A model generated the notes under the pieces. It searched no databases. It was not told the DNA's origin and saw only the letters and a list, made by a program, of their open reading frames with translations. Positions 31,392 to 41,677 of a DNA stretch of 46,751 nucleotides are shown here, piece after piece. The DNA comes from Trichomonas gallinae (Eukaryota). The stretch is from NCBI GenBank assembly GCA_008369845.1, contig MRSU01009278.1, forward strand, positions 1 through 46,751. Direction: 5' to 3'. The first letter of the stretch is position 1, and each line of letters begins with the position of its first letter. A program made the position numbers and the translations under genes.

Positions 31392-34300
31392 TTACTTGAC
31401 ATTAATACTAAGTGCTCTTGCAGCAGGCATTGAGAAAGGCCCGTAACTCTCTGTGTAATAAACAGTCAACTGACGGAACTCTGCAGGTGCTGGCAAGAAG
31501 AATTTGTGCGTTCCAGAAATTTTCGGAATGTAAAATCTGAAGAACTTGCTTGTATCTTCGTTCTGAACTAATACGGCGAACGATTTAATGTTCGAAACCT
31601 CAGTTATTTCGATGCCTAAAGCCGTTGCCGAACAAAACTCACCGCTATCGTTTACTGGCAGTATATGTTGTATCCTTTGGCTTTGGTTTGTCTGTGATTT
31701 CGTTCTCAAGTAATTAAATTCGATTGAAGCGAGTGATTTTTCTGCCTTTGGAAAATCTTCACCGATATATACATCTGCTTTTTCGAATGCTATTGCCGAA
31801 ATTGATATGTCTTTGCCGACGATGACGAAAGAAACAATTCTGTCGATGATTTCAACTGGCTGGGCATTTCCTGGTGGAATGAATGATAGCTTTTTATCGC
31901 CGATGATTATATCCACTGGATTTCGTGTGGATAAAATGATTTTCTGTATCAAAGCTTTTTGTTTGAGGCAGATATCTACCTTAACAAGCGAAACTTCTAG
32001 TTCCCAGTCCTTCCCTGTAACCAGCATCTGCTCGAAACTGACGCCATTCTTACCTATAGGAACCTGATTTATCAAAGAAAATGGAGCGTTTGGATAAAAG
32101 GTGCCTTCTTCCATTCCTATGAACGGATATAATGTTTTTGACATCCTGATATTGAGCATGACGAGTTTTGTCACAGCAGCTGCCATCTTGTAGCGTTTGT
32201 CCGCGCACGATTGGCAGAGTTTGCAGACATTTTGCGGGTCGCTGACTGTATCTTGTGAGTCGTTAGGCTTATTGCAGTGATTGCAGAAATATTTTCTGCA
32301 TAAAGCGCATCTATATGACGCCGGCTTTCCGCACATGCACAAACTGTCGTCGTTTTCAAGGCCAGAAGGATATAGTCTGAATATTGATTCAGCTAAAACA
32401 GCTCCAGGATTCATCTTGCTGTCCTTCTTCATGACTTCTTTCATGTAGTCATTTAGTGGCATCAGTGCGCAAAGTCTTCTCTCTTCCCACGGAATGAATG
32501 CGTCGTTGCTCGGCTCCTCCCAGAAGTCAGCGTGATCTGTGATTGGAGACAGAGGAATCTGAGGGCGCTGCTGGCTCGGCGGTAAACTAGACGATCCATA
32601 GATTTTGATGCCTAAAAGAAGGAATTTTTCGAAGGGTGACGAGAAATGGAATTCCAAGAATCTCGTCAGCTGGAGAAGAGGAGCGAACGACTCATGTCTG
32701 TAGTGATTTGTCTCGGGTGGTACAATAGATAAAACATTCCTAGACTCTCCGACAGGCAGAGCTGCGTCTGTTATGATTGGGAACATTTTGTTGTTGAAAG
32801 GTCCGCCGTTTATTGTCACTGAAGAAGGACTTGGCCTTCTATCTGATGCACTTGGGAGTTTGATTACGATTTCTGTAACATATACCGGCTCATTAAGCTT
32901 GATAACGATCGGGCCGTCTGAATGTCTTAAAATTGTTGGCCGCATCTCGAATAATTGGCGACTGCGGGTATTGGATAAGACTAGTGCACCAGGCTCATCT
33001 GATACACATCTAATTCGCTCGAAAACACTTGGGAAATTCATTGGCAATTTCGGATTATTAGGTTGCCCGTCGAAAACAGCCCAAGCTTTAACGCGAAGGT
33101 TATCATCGTAATTGTATCTCCTGCGCTTCGCATTTTCCAGCTGTGCAGTGTCAAGAGAAGCTGATTTTAATATATCTTGGATCAAATTTATTTCTCTTCC
33201 AACAGATAGCAAAGCAACATTGTTACCAGACTTTATTGTAGCGTGTGCTATGTGCGTAATGACAGCGCGATTTGTTGATGGATCGAGATTCAAATTTTGC
33301 AAAGATTTGTAGATGCAACGAATTGCTGTGAGAAACAGGCCAATGTTGCATCTGTCAAGGCCATCTTGGCTGGTGACAACAATTGCTGAATCTTGCTTTA
33401 CTGAAAAGGTAATTTTTTCATTATCAATAAAACCGTAAGATGATGACGTAGAATTAAAGAATCCATCAACAATTGGTGCAAGCTTTGTTGCTGCAATGTC
33501 AGGCTCAAGAGTTCTCTTCAAGTTATTCCAATCACAACTTCTCATCGTTAAATTCATGTTATCACCTAAGAAATTCAGGCTGTCTTTTATCGCTTTATCA
33601 ACTTCGCTTCCTTCTTTGTTGAAATCGATAATATTCAATTTTTCAACTTTTAATAAAGATGTTAAGCGAACAACCCAGACAGGAATTGATAAATACGGTG
33701 ATAAGTCAGGTGTTGAGCGATTTGGCTTATAAGAGATTGGTGTTGAACCTCTGACGATGTTTTGTGTTCGAATTTCAATTGATTCGCCAACGTAGTTAGC
33801 TACGATGACTTCAACTATCGTTTGATTACCTAGACCACCTGTCTGGCTTGTGCCCCTCACGGCATGGATCGGGCCGCACGTTTCGCACATGATTCTAGAA
33901 ATGTAATAAATTTCATAGTTATCGACTTGTTCTACTGAGAAAATTCCTTCTATAATGTTTGGACAAATACGACCGAGAGTGAAGAAATCGAAAACATGCG
34001 AAATATATCTATTCCATATTGCATCTGTTGATTGTTCAGCGCCTAAAGGCATGGATAAGTCCATAGTATGGCAAATAAAGTGGCCAACTTTAACTGGAAA
34101 TGATTCAATCATATTTAAGACTTTTGTTTCTGCTTGTGTTAGAGAATATTTGTTTGCGACTGCAAATACCAGCGAGTCAACTGAAAAAACTTTATGTTTC
34201 TTGAAAATTGTGCCTAAACTTGTAACAGATTTGATGAAACAAATTATTGTTGCATTTCCAATGGGAAACATTCCTGCAACCATATAGTATTGGTAAGTTT

Positions 34301-34505
34301 TAACATTTTCATCGATGTTTTTCAGTCTGTTAAGCGCTTCTTGTTTAGTTTTGTAAATATCAAAATTAATAACTCCGTAAAAAGAGGGATAACCGCGCTC
34401 AGGGTCGATATATATGACCTGGCAGTCCTCACGGTCAGGAAGTTCCAGTACAATGTAGGAGCCTTTTGTTTCGGTGACTATGAAAGTCGCCGAAGGAACC
34501 CTCAT
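31392..34505 (-). CDS. SAC9-like Sac1-domain phosphoinositide phosphatase, predicted inactive, with Cys-rich zinc finger
   Basis: N-terminal DCQVIYIDP...KQEAL resembles plant SAC9; IWN, VRGSTPI and VVTSQDGLDRCN Sac motifs; CxC...CxxC...CxxC...CxxC finger. Alternative ATGs at 34571 and 34517; 34505 follows an Inr TCACTTT. Confidence 0.78.
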   Translation of the reverse strand: MRVPSATFIVTETKGSYIVLELPDREDCQVIYIDPERGYPSFYGVINFDIYKTKQEALNRLKNIDENVKTYQYYMVAGMFPIGNATIICFIKSVTSLGTIFKKHKVFSVDSLVFAVANKYSLTQAETKVLNMIESFPVKVGHFICHTMDLSMPLGAEQSTDAIWNRYISHVFDFFTLGRICPNIIEGIFSVEQVDNYEIYYISRIMCETCGPIHAVRGTSQTGGLGNQTIVEVIVANYVGESIEIRTQNIVRGSTPISYKPNRSTPDLSPYLSIPVWVVRLTSLLKVEKLNIIDFNKEGSEVDKAIKDSLNFLGDNMNLTMRSCDWNNLKRTLEPDIAATKLAPIVDGFFNSTSSSYGFIDNEKITFSVKQDSAIVVTSQDGLDRCNIGLFLTAIRCIYKSLQNLNLDPSTNRAVITHIAHATIKSGNNVALLSVGREINLIQDILKSASLDTAQLENAKRRRYNYDDNLRVKAWAVFDGQPNNPKLPMNFPSVFERIRCVSDEPGALVLSNTRSRQLFEMRPTILRHSDGPIVIKLNEPVYVTEIVIKLPSASDRRPSPSSVTINGGPFNNKMFPIITDAALPVGESRNVLSIVPPETNHYRHESFAPLLQLTRFLEFHFSSPFEKFLLLGIKIYGSSSLPPSQQRPQIPLSPITDHADFWEEPSNDAFIPWEERRLCALMPLNDYMKEVMKKDSKMNPGAVLAESIFRLYPSGLENDDSLCMCGKPASYRCALCRKYFCNHCNKPNDSQDTVSDPQNVCKLCQSCADKRYKMAAAVTKLVMLNIRMSKTLYPFIGMEEGTFYPNAPFSLINQVPIGKNGVSFEQMLVTGKDWELEVSLVKVDICLKQKALIQKIILSTRNPVDIIIGDKKLSFIPPGNAQPVEIIDRIVSFVIVGKDISISAIAFEKADVYIGEDFPKAEKSLASIEFNYLRTKSQTNQSQRIQHILPVNDSGEFCSATALGIEITEVSNIKSFAVLVQNEDTSKFFRFYIPKISGTHKFFLPAPAEFRQLTVYYTESYGPFSMPAARALSINVK

Positions 34506-34648
34506 TAAAAGTGACATTTTAAATTCTTTTTTAGCAGCTCTAATATAGATATTCCAACTCAGTAATATCATTATTATATAAATTCTCTGTTTTCATCAGT
34601 CAAAAGACCAAATTTAAAATTTGAAATTTTCAAAATATCATCCTATTC

Positions 34649-34796
34649 CTTAGATACTTGTACTACTATATAAATACCTCGAATAAATCAATATTATTAA
34701 AATAAAAACCTGTCTATATGAAAATATTCAAGAAATTAAATTTTTCCTTATATTATGCTTAGATACTTGTCCTGCTATATAAGTGCATCGAATAAA
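34649..34796. repeat. Direct repeat, two 39-bp cores 109 bp apart
   Basis: CTTAGATACTTGTACTACTATATAAATACCTCGAATAAA (34649) and CTTAGATACTTGTCCTGCTATATAAGTGCATCGAATAAA (34758), 34/39 identical. Confidence 0.8.
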
Positions 34797-35046
34797 GCTT
34801 TTTCTTTAGAACAAAGACTTATTTAATTATGAATTTGCAAAAAAACTTCAATATTCAACGAATATTTAAGAAATGGGACATCAGATCAAATAATGCTTCT
34901 GTTCATATATGAAATACTATATTTATTTTACTTGATTCTCTATTTATTTCAAACTTTAATTCATGTTGTTGAATCTTTTAAACATCAAATGTAAGATCAC
35001 CACATCTATATATAAGGATTTAGTTAAACATTAAATATCAAAAAAT

Positions 35047-38000
35047 TTATTCATCTACAATTGTCGCCGTGATAGGTATTGGCATTTGGAAAAGCGGCGT
35101 CTTAATTACAAGTGAGTCGATAATTTCCTGCGGCGATCCAGGAAGTAGTTCGACCTCTAAGTTCATCTTGAGTCCAGGATAAACAACTCCAGGCGGTGTC
35201 AAAACTTTGAGGAGCGGATTCTTTGGTGAAGTAACAGTGTAATGCAATGGAGTAGTACCAGAATTCGTCACAGCCATTGAGAACTTCGCTGGGTTGTTTG
35301 CCTTTACCCTTCCGAAGGCTATAGCTGAAGTATTTGTTGACAGCGTTCTCGGCCTCGTGATTCCCTTGCTCGAGCCATTGGATGTGGACCTTGTCAGTTG
35401 CTTGTTCCTCGGAGAAGTCGGCTTCGGGTCTTCTTCTGTTTCTGGTGGAATGTCTCCTTCTTTAGAGTCGAAGAATCTCGGGGGATCGAACAAAGCCATT
35501 CTCGGCGACTGAGGCCTTGGAGAGTGCTCGTGTGTCTCAGCTGGCATCGAGAATGTTCCCTCTGGAGCATCCCAGAAGTTCTGTAAGTTGTTTCTGTATT
35601 TGTTGTACTGCATTATCAAAATGCGTGGGTTTGGCGTGACAGGTGGAATTGGCGGCTTGTCTTCGATGACTTCCGGCTCTGGAGTGTTATCGTTTAAGAA
35701 GCTTTGATGTGCGCGATCCAAGCAATTCGCCAAAGCCTGTGTGAATACTCTTGTATCATATAGGATTGACTGTCTGACAGTTTCTGCTTCCATCATCGAG
35801 TTGTCCTCCTGGCTATCGATGTCGCCCACTCCAACATTCTCGACTTTCTTCTCTTTCTTCTTGTTCGCGTTAGGCTTCGGAATGTGGAGGCCTTTCATGA
35901 TGTTGGCGCGCTCAGGCTTCGAGAGTGGTGAGCGCTCGATGTAGATGCGCGGAATCTGCTCCTCGTTCATCGTGTGACGTGTCAAAATCTTGCACTCGCA
36001 GCCCGATGGATGCAAAAGTGTTGAGCGGTTTTCTTTTTCGACAGGTGGTAAAACGTCCTGCCTCAAGAACTCTGTTGCTGACAAGTCATCCCTAATGTAG
36101 AAGAACCTTGGGACGAAAATGTGATAAAGGTCGTTGAGCTGTGGCTCGAGAAGTGTCTCTTTGATCGGATATACGTCGCCGAATCTAGACTTGACAATCT
36201 CAACTTTCTTCTTCGGTGGCTCAGCCGGGACTTCACCAAGTCTCTCAGTTCCGTCCTCATCTGCAACGAGGACCTGGTTGTCTGTCTTGATTTCGATTCT
36301 GGATGGTGTGATGTAAATGTCGGCTTCGTTATGTGCGATGTTGATGCACTCAGGAGTAATAGACAGCTTGTACTCAGCGCATGTTACTGTTGCTGATTCT
36401 CCCTTGAAAGTTACATTGCAAACGTTGATGTCCATAGATTTGGTTCCGTCCGAACTCTGGATGATCGGGAAGTTAGGGATATCGAACTGCATCCTGTCTG
36501 GCTTCTGGTCGATCGTGAAATTGAGCCTGAACATGATCTTGCGGCTTCCATCGGCTTCGATGTAGTACTCAATCTCATCTGGGCGGATATGGTAGTCAGT
36601 GTGTGTTGCGACATCAGTGATCTTGCCGTGTGGAATGTCCAGCTTTTCTAGCTCGCCGTTCTCGTTCTTTCTGTAAGCGATGCCTTCGACATCGACGCAT
36701 GACCAGCGGTCGTTCTCGTATCTCGCGATTGTGCCGTTAGGATAAGCGATCGTCGGCCTGCCTTCGTCGTCTTTAAGGATGAACGAGTTGTCTTCAGCGA
36801 TAATCATCGCGTTTTCATTTGAAGACTTGCAGACCAAGTCGCGGCCATCGTAATAAATAGACTGCTCGAGGAACAATATTGTGACGCGGAAAGGCGGCTC
36901 AATGAGAATCTTGAGGCCTTCGACGACAGTGAAAACTGTCCTTTCTTTGAGCGACACAATGCTAAATAGGTCCTTGAAGAAAATGTGCGAGCCAAATGTG
37001 ATTCCTGACGGCAAAATATCTCTTGTGATTTCAATCCTCATGTTCGACTTGAACACATAAGAGCTAGAGAACTTCTCGGCATTCGTCTGTGTCAAAGGAA
37101 GCCTGTAGATAAGATTGTCCTGTTTAGCGAATCTTGATGGAATTGATGGCAATAGACACAATGGGTCCTCCTTCGCTTTTATGACAGCTGCAGGACTCTG
37201 CGGGCCGCGTCCCTTCTTAGTTTCCTGCTGTGGAGCAGTCAGAAAGAGATTCATGTATTCTCCGAGATCGGAAATCATCTGCGGCATATTATAGCTTGAC
37301 AAAATGTGTCCGTTCGTCTTAGATACTGGCGCTAAAGTCAGCAAGAACAAAACACCAAGCTGATCATCTAAATATGTCTCAACTATTGATGCCTGAGAAA
37401 TTGCATCTTGAACTTCATCGACAACTGTTTGATATTCGCATGATATGTTCCACTGTGACCAGTCGAAGAAAGAATTAGGAAGTCCGAGCTGATATTTCTT
37501 GTTAACTGATGCAATCATTTGATCGAACTTTGTGCCTGCGTATGCGTATTGGTTTGTAGGTGTAGTGACAAAACTAGTGACAGCAGAGCAAGCAGCTGCA
37601 TTTTCTTGTGTAAATTTCCATTTTTTGAGTTTGTATATTAAAGGAAGGACAGATGATGGACTGTCTAAGTTGAATATTGGATCTGGCACTTCTTTCTTGT
37701 CTGCCACGACAACCTTACGATTTAGAGTCTGTAATTCGAGATTAAATAATTCTTCATACATTTCTGCGATTGTTGGGGGTGGAGAAGGCTTCGTTGTTCG
37801 GAATTTGTGTGCTTGAAGCTGAATGTACAATCCATTCGTATAATCTTCTGAATGTGATGATAGATAATCAATAAAATTGTCGTAAGTGAGATTTGGAACG
37901 ATTGATGGAATTTCTACGAATTTTCTGTTTAGGAATTGTTCGTTGAATTGTTCACGAGATTGAACAACTGATATAATAGCTTTTTCGATTTCTCTAAATG

Positions 38001-38700
38001 CTGATTCTACGTCTGAAGGAACTTTAACATCCAAAAACGCGACCTTCTTAGATACAGAAGGACGAATAAGTGGCCAACGAGCTGGTGGATAACAGTTTGG
38101 ATTATTTGTATAATCTAAATCGCATCCTGGAATTGTTTTCTTTTGTTGTACACGACCTGATTTCTCGAGTTTTTTAGTATATGGTGTAACTTCAGCTCCT
38201 GCTTCAGGAATAATAGCGAAGAATGCATCAATTGGATATCCAGCATTTTCCATATCAACAACTTGGTTGCCAAGATATGGGTAGTTCTGAATTAAGTAAA
38301 GAACATCAATTAATCCATCGAATGGCGCGTTTGGTTTTGAATCTGCCGGAGATTTGCCTTTTTTGCCAGATTTTGGAGCTCCATCTTTTGTTTTAGCTGC
38401 AGCTTTCTCTGATGCTGCAATTGCTTTCTTTTTTGCATCTAATAATTTCGTAACATCGGCATCTATTTTTGTTTTGATGCCTTTAGCAACGGCACTTGAG
38501 CCATCGTGTCTTGATTTTCGATCGCTTTTAGTTTCACTTTTAGAAACCCTCCCACCGGAATCCAAGAAGTCCATTCCGTTCAGGAAGATGACTTCCTTTT
38601 TGTAATTCTGCTTCATGTACTCGTTCAACGCAGTCGGGTCGACTGCATTTTGTACAAAGTCTAAGGCAAGAAGGAAAGGTGTGATTGTTACCTCAGACAT
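35047..38700 (-). CDS. SPAG17/PF6-like flagellar central-pair protein with C-terminal ASH/PapD-like domain
   Basis: VPRFFYIRDDLSATEFLR and the C-terminal FGRVK...VTNSG...PGVVYPGLKMNLEVEL resemble SPAG17/PF6 blocks. The track start is TTG; the ATG is at 38700. Confidence 0.7.
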   Translation of the reverse strand: MSEVTITPFLLALDFVQNAVDPTALNEYMKQNYKKEVIFLNGMDFLDSGGRVSKSETKSDRKSRHDGSSAVAKGIKTKIDADVTKLLDAKKKAIAASEKAAAKTKDGAPKSGKKGKSPADSKPNAPFDGLIDVLYLIQNYPYLGNQVVDMENAGYPIDAFFAIIPEAGAEVTPYTKKLEKSGRVQQKKTIPGCDLDYTNNPNCYPPARWPLIRPSVSKKVAFLDVKVPSDVESAFREIEKAIISVVQSREQFNEQFLNRKFVEIPSIVPNLTYDNFIDYLSSHSEDYTNGLYIQLQAHKFRTTKPSPPPTIAEMYEELFNLELQTLNRKVVVADKKEVPDPIFNLDSPSSVLPLIYKLKKWKFTQENAAACSAVTSFVTTPTNQYAYAGTKFDQMIASVNKKYQLGLPNSFFDWSQWNISCEYQTVVDEVQDAISQASIVETYLDDQLGVLFLLTLAPVSKTNGHILSSYNMPQMISDLGEYMNLFLTAPQQETKKGRGPQSPAAVIKAKEDPLCLLPSIPSRFAKQDNLIYRLPLTQTNAEKFSSSYVFKSNMRIEITRDILPSGITFGSHIFFKDLFSIVSLKERTVFTVVEGLKILIEPPFRVTILFLEQSIYYDGRDLVCKSSNENAMIIAEDNSFILKDDEGRPTIAYPNGTIARYENDRWSCVDVEGIAYRKNENGELEKLDIPHGKITDVATHTDYHIRPDEIEYYIEADGSRKIMFRLNFTIDQKPDRMQFDIPNFPIIQSSDGTKSMDINVCNVTFKGESATVTCAEYKLSITPECINIAHNEADIYITPSRIEIKTDNQVLVADEDGTERLGEVPAEPPKKKVEIVKSRFGDVYPIKETLLEPQLNDLYHIFVPRFFYIRDDLSATEFLRQDVLPPVEKENRSTLLHPSGCECKILTRHTMNEEQIPRIYIERSPLSKPERANIMKGLHIPKPNANKKKEKKVENVGVGDIDSQEDNSMMEAETVRQSILYDTRVFTQALANCLDRAHQSFLNDNTPEPEVIEDKPPIPPVTPNPRILIMQYNKYRNNLQNFWDAPEGTFSMPAETHEHSPRPQSPRMALFDPPRFFDSKEGDIPPETEEDPKPTSPRNKQLTRSTSNGSSKGITRPRTLSTNTSAIAFGRVKANNPAKFSMAVTNSGTTPLHYTVTSPKNPLLKVLTPPGVVYPGLKMNLEVELLPGSPQEIIDSLVIKTPLFQMPIPITATIVDE

Positions 38701-38784
38701 TGCCAAAAAACGAACTTTTGAACGATGACTTTACAATCAGTTTACGTGTCATATATTCGTTTTTTAATTTCTTAAAAGTGACTA

Positions 38785-38845
38785 TTTGTCATGTAAATTT
38801 ATTATTTGTCAATGTTATGTCATGTAAAATCATATATTTGTCAAT
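38785..38845. promoter_or_regulatory. Cluster of TGTCA / TGTCATGTAAA sites upstream of the PF6-like gene
   Basis: TGTCA at 38787, 38807, 38818 and 38839; two of these are full TGTCATGTAAA. Confidence 0.5.
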
Positions 38846-39254
38846 TTGATTATAACAAGTTAGAGAATGATCTGTATATGTCATATGTAGATTTTATGAG
38901 CTTGATTAAGCTTCTATGGCACTATTTGCCTATTTTAACACATTTGTCTCTTATTTATATTGATTTTCAAGTTCAATATTTTAAATTTTGTTTATTTCAA
39001 ATATATTTATGAGTTTTATCTAGTGTGGACTTAGTATTGATGGATAAATTTCTGCTAAATATATCAAATCAATGTGATAAAAAATATTTATTTTTATCCC
39101 GAAGTTTGCAAACAAGAAGATGCTATATTGTGTCAATAAGGCAGATTTTGTGAGTATTCCATTTAAATACAAACAATAGAAAACAATTTTTTTTAATGAA
39201 ATAGAAAATATACAACAAAACACATAAAAACATATAAACAACAAACAAACATAA

Positions 39255-40733
39255 TTAATTTCTCGACGATGCCAAGTGGTTAATAAGCTCAATTAAGAAA
39301 TTAGCTCTTTCAATCATTAAAGGCGAGCCGCTTCCAGCAATGCTGTCAAGCGAATTAAACATATCTTCTGAGAGTATCGCTTCCACAAAGTCCGTGCTTA
39401 CTTCAACTTGAGGAATAAGTTCGATCAATTTCATAAGGGCGTCAAGGACCCTCAAAATGATCAAACCTACACCACAAACAAGCATAGACTGTAAAAGATC
39501 AATAACATCTTCGTTCATGAAGAATGAAATATGTTGATTCGGCGTAAAAATCAAGAAAGTTGCAACAAAGAATGAAATTTCGCGCTTTAAGTTGAATTCT
39601 GCGTCCTGACCCGTTTGAATACACGAAGATAAAAATTGTTGATCGAAAGCGGGAACTAAAATGTGTGGAACACTTTCCAGTAGATTGGAGAGCACCCAAA
39701 ATACATCAGACGCATATTCTGTTTGAATCAATGCAAGAAGACGATCTAATAATTGATTTTCTAATAATTGCTTAATATTGGAAATAGTGCTAACAGACAT
39801 ATTCCCCAGTAGTGATAGAGCAGCTGGAGCGAGGTCTTGGTGGTTTAGGAGTTGGACAATTTGAGGAGCGATTTGAATCTCGTAAATTATGAATACTAAA
39901 CTTGGTTTTTGATTGGTAATCGATACCAATGTCTGCAATATTGACTTAAGTGCCACGAGATCTTGGATGTTAAGCAGTACAGATATTTCATTTATTGAAT
40001 CTTTGAGTAATGCGCTATCGATCGGCTCGGTATTGGCAAATATTCTATCTATAGCATCGCATGACAGCTGTGTAAGCTGCGGATTTTCTTGAGAAGAAGC
40101 AATTCGAATCAAATCCGTCAGTATGCCTGTGCACAACACAGAATCTCTAGCGTAAGATGATATTTCCGATAAAGTATCGATACTGGTTATTGTTGCGACG
40201 AGAATGTTGATATTATCTGATTGAAGAAAATTCAAATACGTGAAAATGAGGCCGTCATCAATAAATTTCTCCTGATTTGGGCCACACTTAGGGTAAATAG
40301 TCGTAATAGTTTTGATAATTTCGATGATTAATGGTTCCGATGTTGAATTCATTAAAGAATCGTTGAATGGTTGTGATATAGCATCTGACGTAATTAAGGC
40401 GTTCAAAAGTCGTGGAGTTGTATGAAAAACCGTCTGTATGTTGTTCAAAAATTCGATAATTCGCTGTTCATCACCAGATTCTAAAACTTCTGCTGCGAAA
40501 GTTGCATCCAAAAACGGGAAATTTTGCGCGTCAAAAAGCACACCGCGGCTTGGTGATGATGTCGGAATTTTCCCAAAGACGCCTGCTATAGTAGGTCTCG
40601 CAGTTCGTCTCAAAGTCAATGTCCTCGCAGTTCTTTCGCGCGCAAGCTGGTCGTGGTACTGAGATAAATCAGCGCCCGACTTCCTGAGTGAATAGAGAGA
40701 ATCAGTGTCCTGAAAATTGTACTTCAAAGTCAT
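39255..40733 (-). CDS. Importin-alpha-like ARM-repeat protein
   Basis: Basic IBB-like N-terminus (SLRK, LRR); ARM repeats with ALSLLGNM, FWVLSNL and KREISF. Confidence 0.7.
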   Translation of the reverse strand: MTLKYNFQDTDSLYSLRKSGADLSQYHDQLARERTARTLTLRRTARPTIAGVFGKIPTSSPSRGVLFDAQNFPFLDATFAAEVLESGDEQRIIEFLNNIQTVFHTTPRLLNALITSDAISQPFNDSLMNSTSEPLIIEIIKTITTIYPKCGPNQEKFIDDGLIFTYLNFLQSDNINILVATITSIDTLSEISSYARDSVLCTGILTDLIRIASSQENPQLTQLSCDAIDRIFANTEPIDSALLKDSINEISVLLNIQDLVALKSILQTLVSITNQKPSLVFIIYEIQIAPQIVQLLNHQDLAPAALSLLGNMSVSTISNIKQLLENQLLDRLLALIQTEYASDVFWVLSNLLESVPHILVPAFDQQFLSSCIQTGQDAEFNLKREISFFVATFLIFTPNQHISFFMNEDVIDLLQSMLVCGVGLIILRVLDALMKLIELIPQVEVSTDFVEAILSEDMFNSLDSIAGSGSPLMIERANFLIELINHLASSRN

Positions 40734-41677
40734 CCAAATCTTTTTATATGAATTTTATCGTCGGACGATAAATAATTTCAATACTTTACAAAATTTTTAA
40801 AATTTAGTACGATTAATTCCCAGTTTTGACTCTATTTTATTGCTTAAAACTGTTTACAACACCCGAATATCATAATTTTTTGCTTTATCTCGTGATTTTT
40901 TTAATTTATTTATTTTATTTGCAACCGGCCGCTTTCATGAGATCGTATTCTAATATAGTAGATAATGACTGGAGAATAATAAATTACTGCAAAGCATGAA
41001 GATCAATGCTTATCAGATATTTCAGAGTTCTGTTTTTTCCGATTTTGTGACTGAAAATATTGGCACCTCCATGGATTGAGCAGTTTATTATCCTATAGAA
41101 ATAGGCCTCTTTGTGAGGATGAAAGCCATTTTCCACGCCTCAATGAGATTGATTAAAAATCTTTTCATTGGCGTCAAGATTTGCATTTCATATCGTGTTG
41201 GTGTGTGCTCTTCAAATATATATAAAACATGAAATAACAATATGATATTTATCCATGATATCCTATAAATTTGAATCACAATCTTGATTTCTATATATTT
41301 AATTACGTAATAATTCTTAATATCAACGATATTATAATATGTTATATCGTATACACTTATTTTGAATAATTCTATTCGATATCATCATAATTCCGGAATT
41401 ATATCTCATTTAAAAAATGTTTTTCATGTAAATTTGAAATACATTTTGTATATTGTGTGTATAAATTATTATATTTGTATACATATTATGTTTCTATCAC
41501 ATTAAATTTGTGATTTTGTCAATTGAAATCAAAAGGATAATAATATTTATACTTTGATTCTAATATCAAACAAAATATTTAGTCTATTTAAAATAACTTC
41601 AGTTGAGTTAATTACATTTAATCAACTTAATTATGAAATTGAAAATAAAATTTCAATATATTAAATATACAAATAAT

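Noticed and set aside
845..40662. Other short nested or antisense ORFs in the track
   Set aside because: They lie inside larger genes or AT-rich spacers, often start at TTG/GTG/CTG and have no recognisable motifs.
40900..41300. Possible decayed gene fragment between the importin-alpha-like and GAP-like genes
   Set aside because: No sustained frame or recognisable motif.
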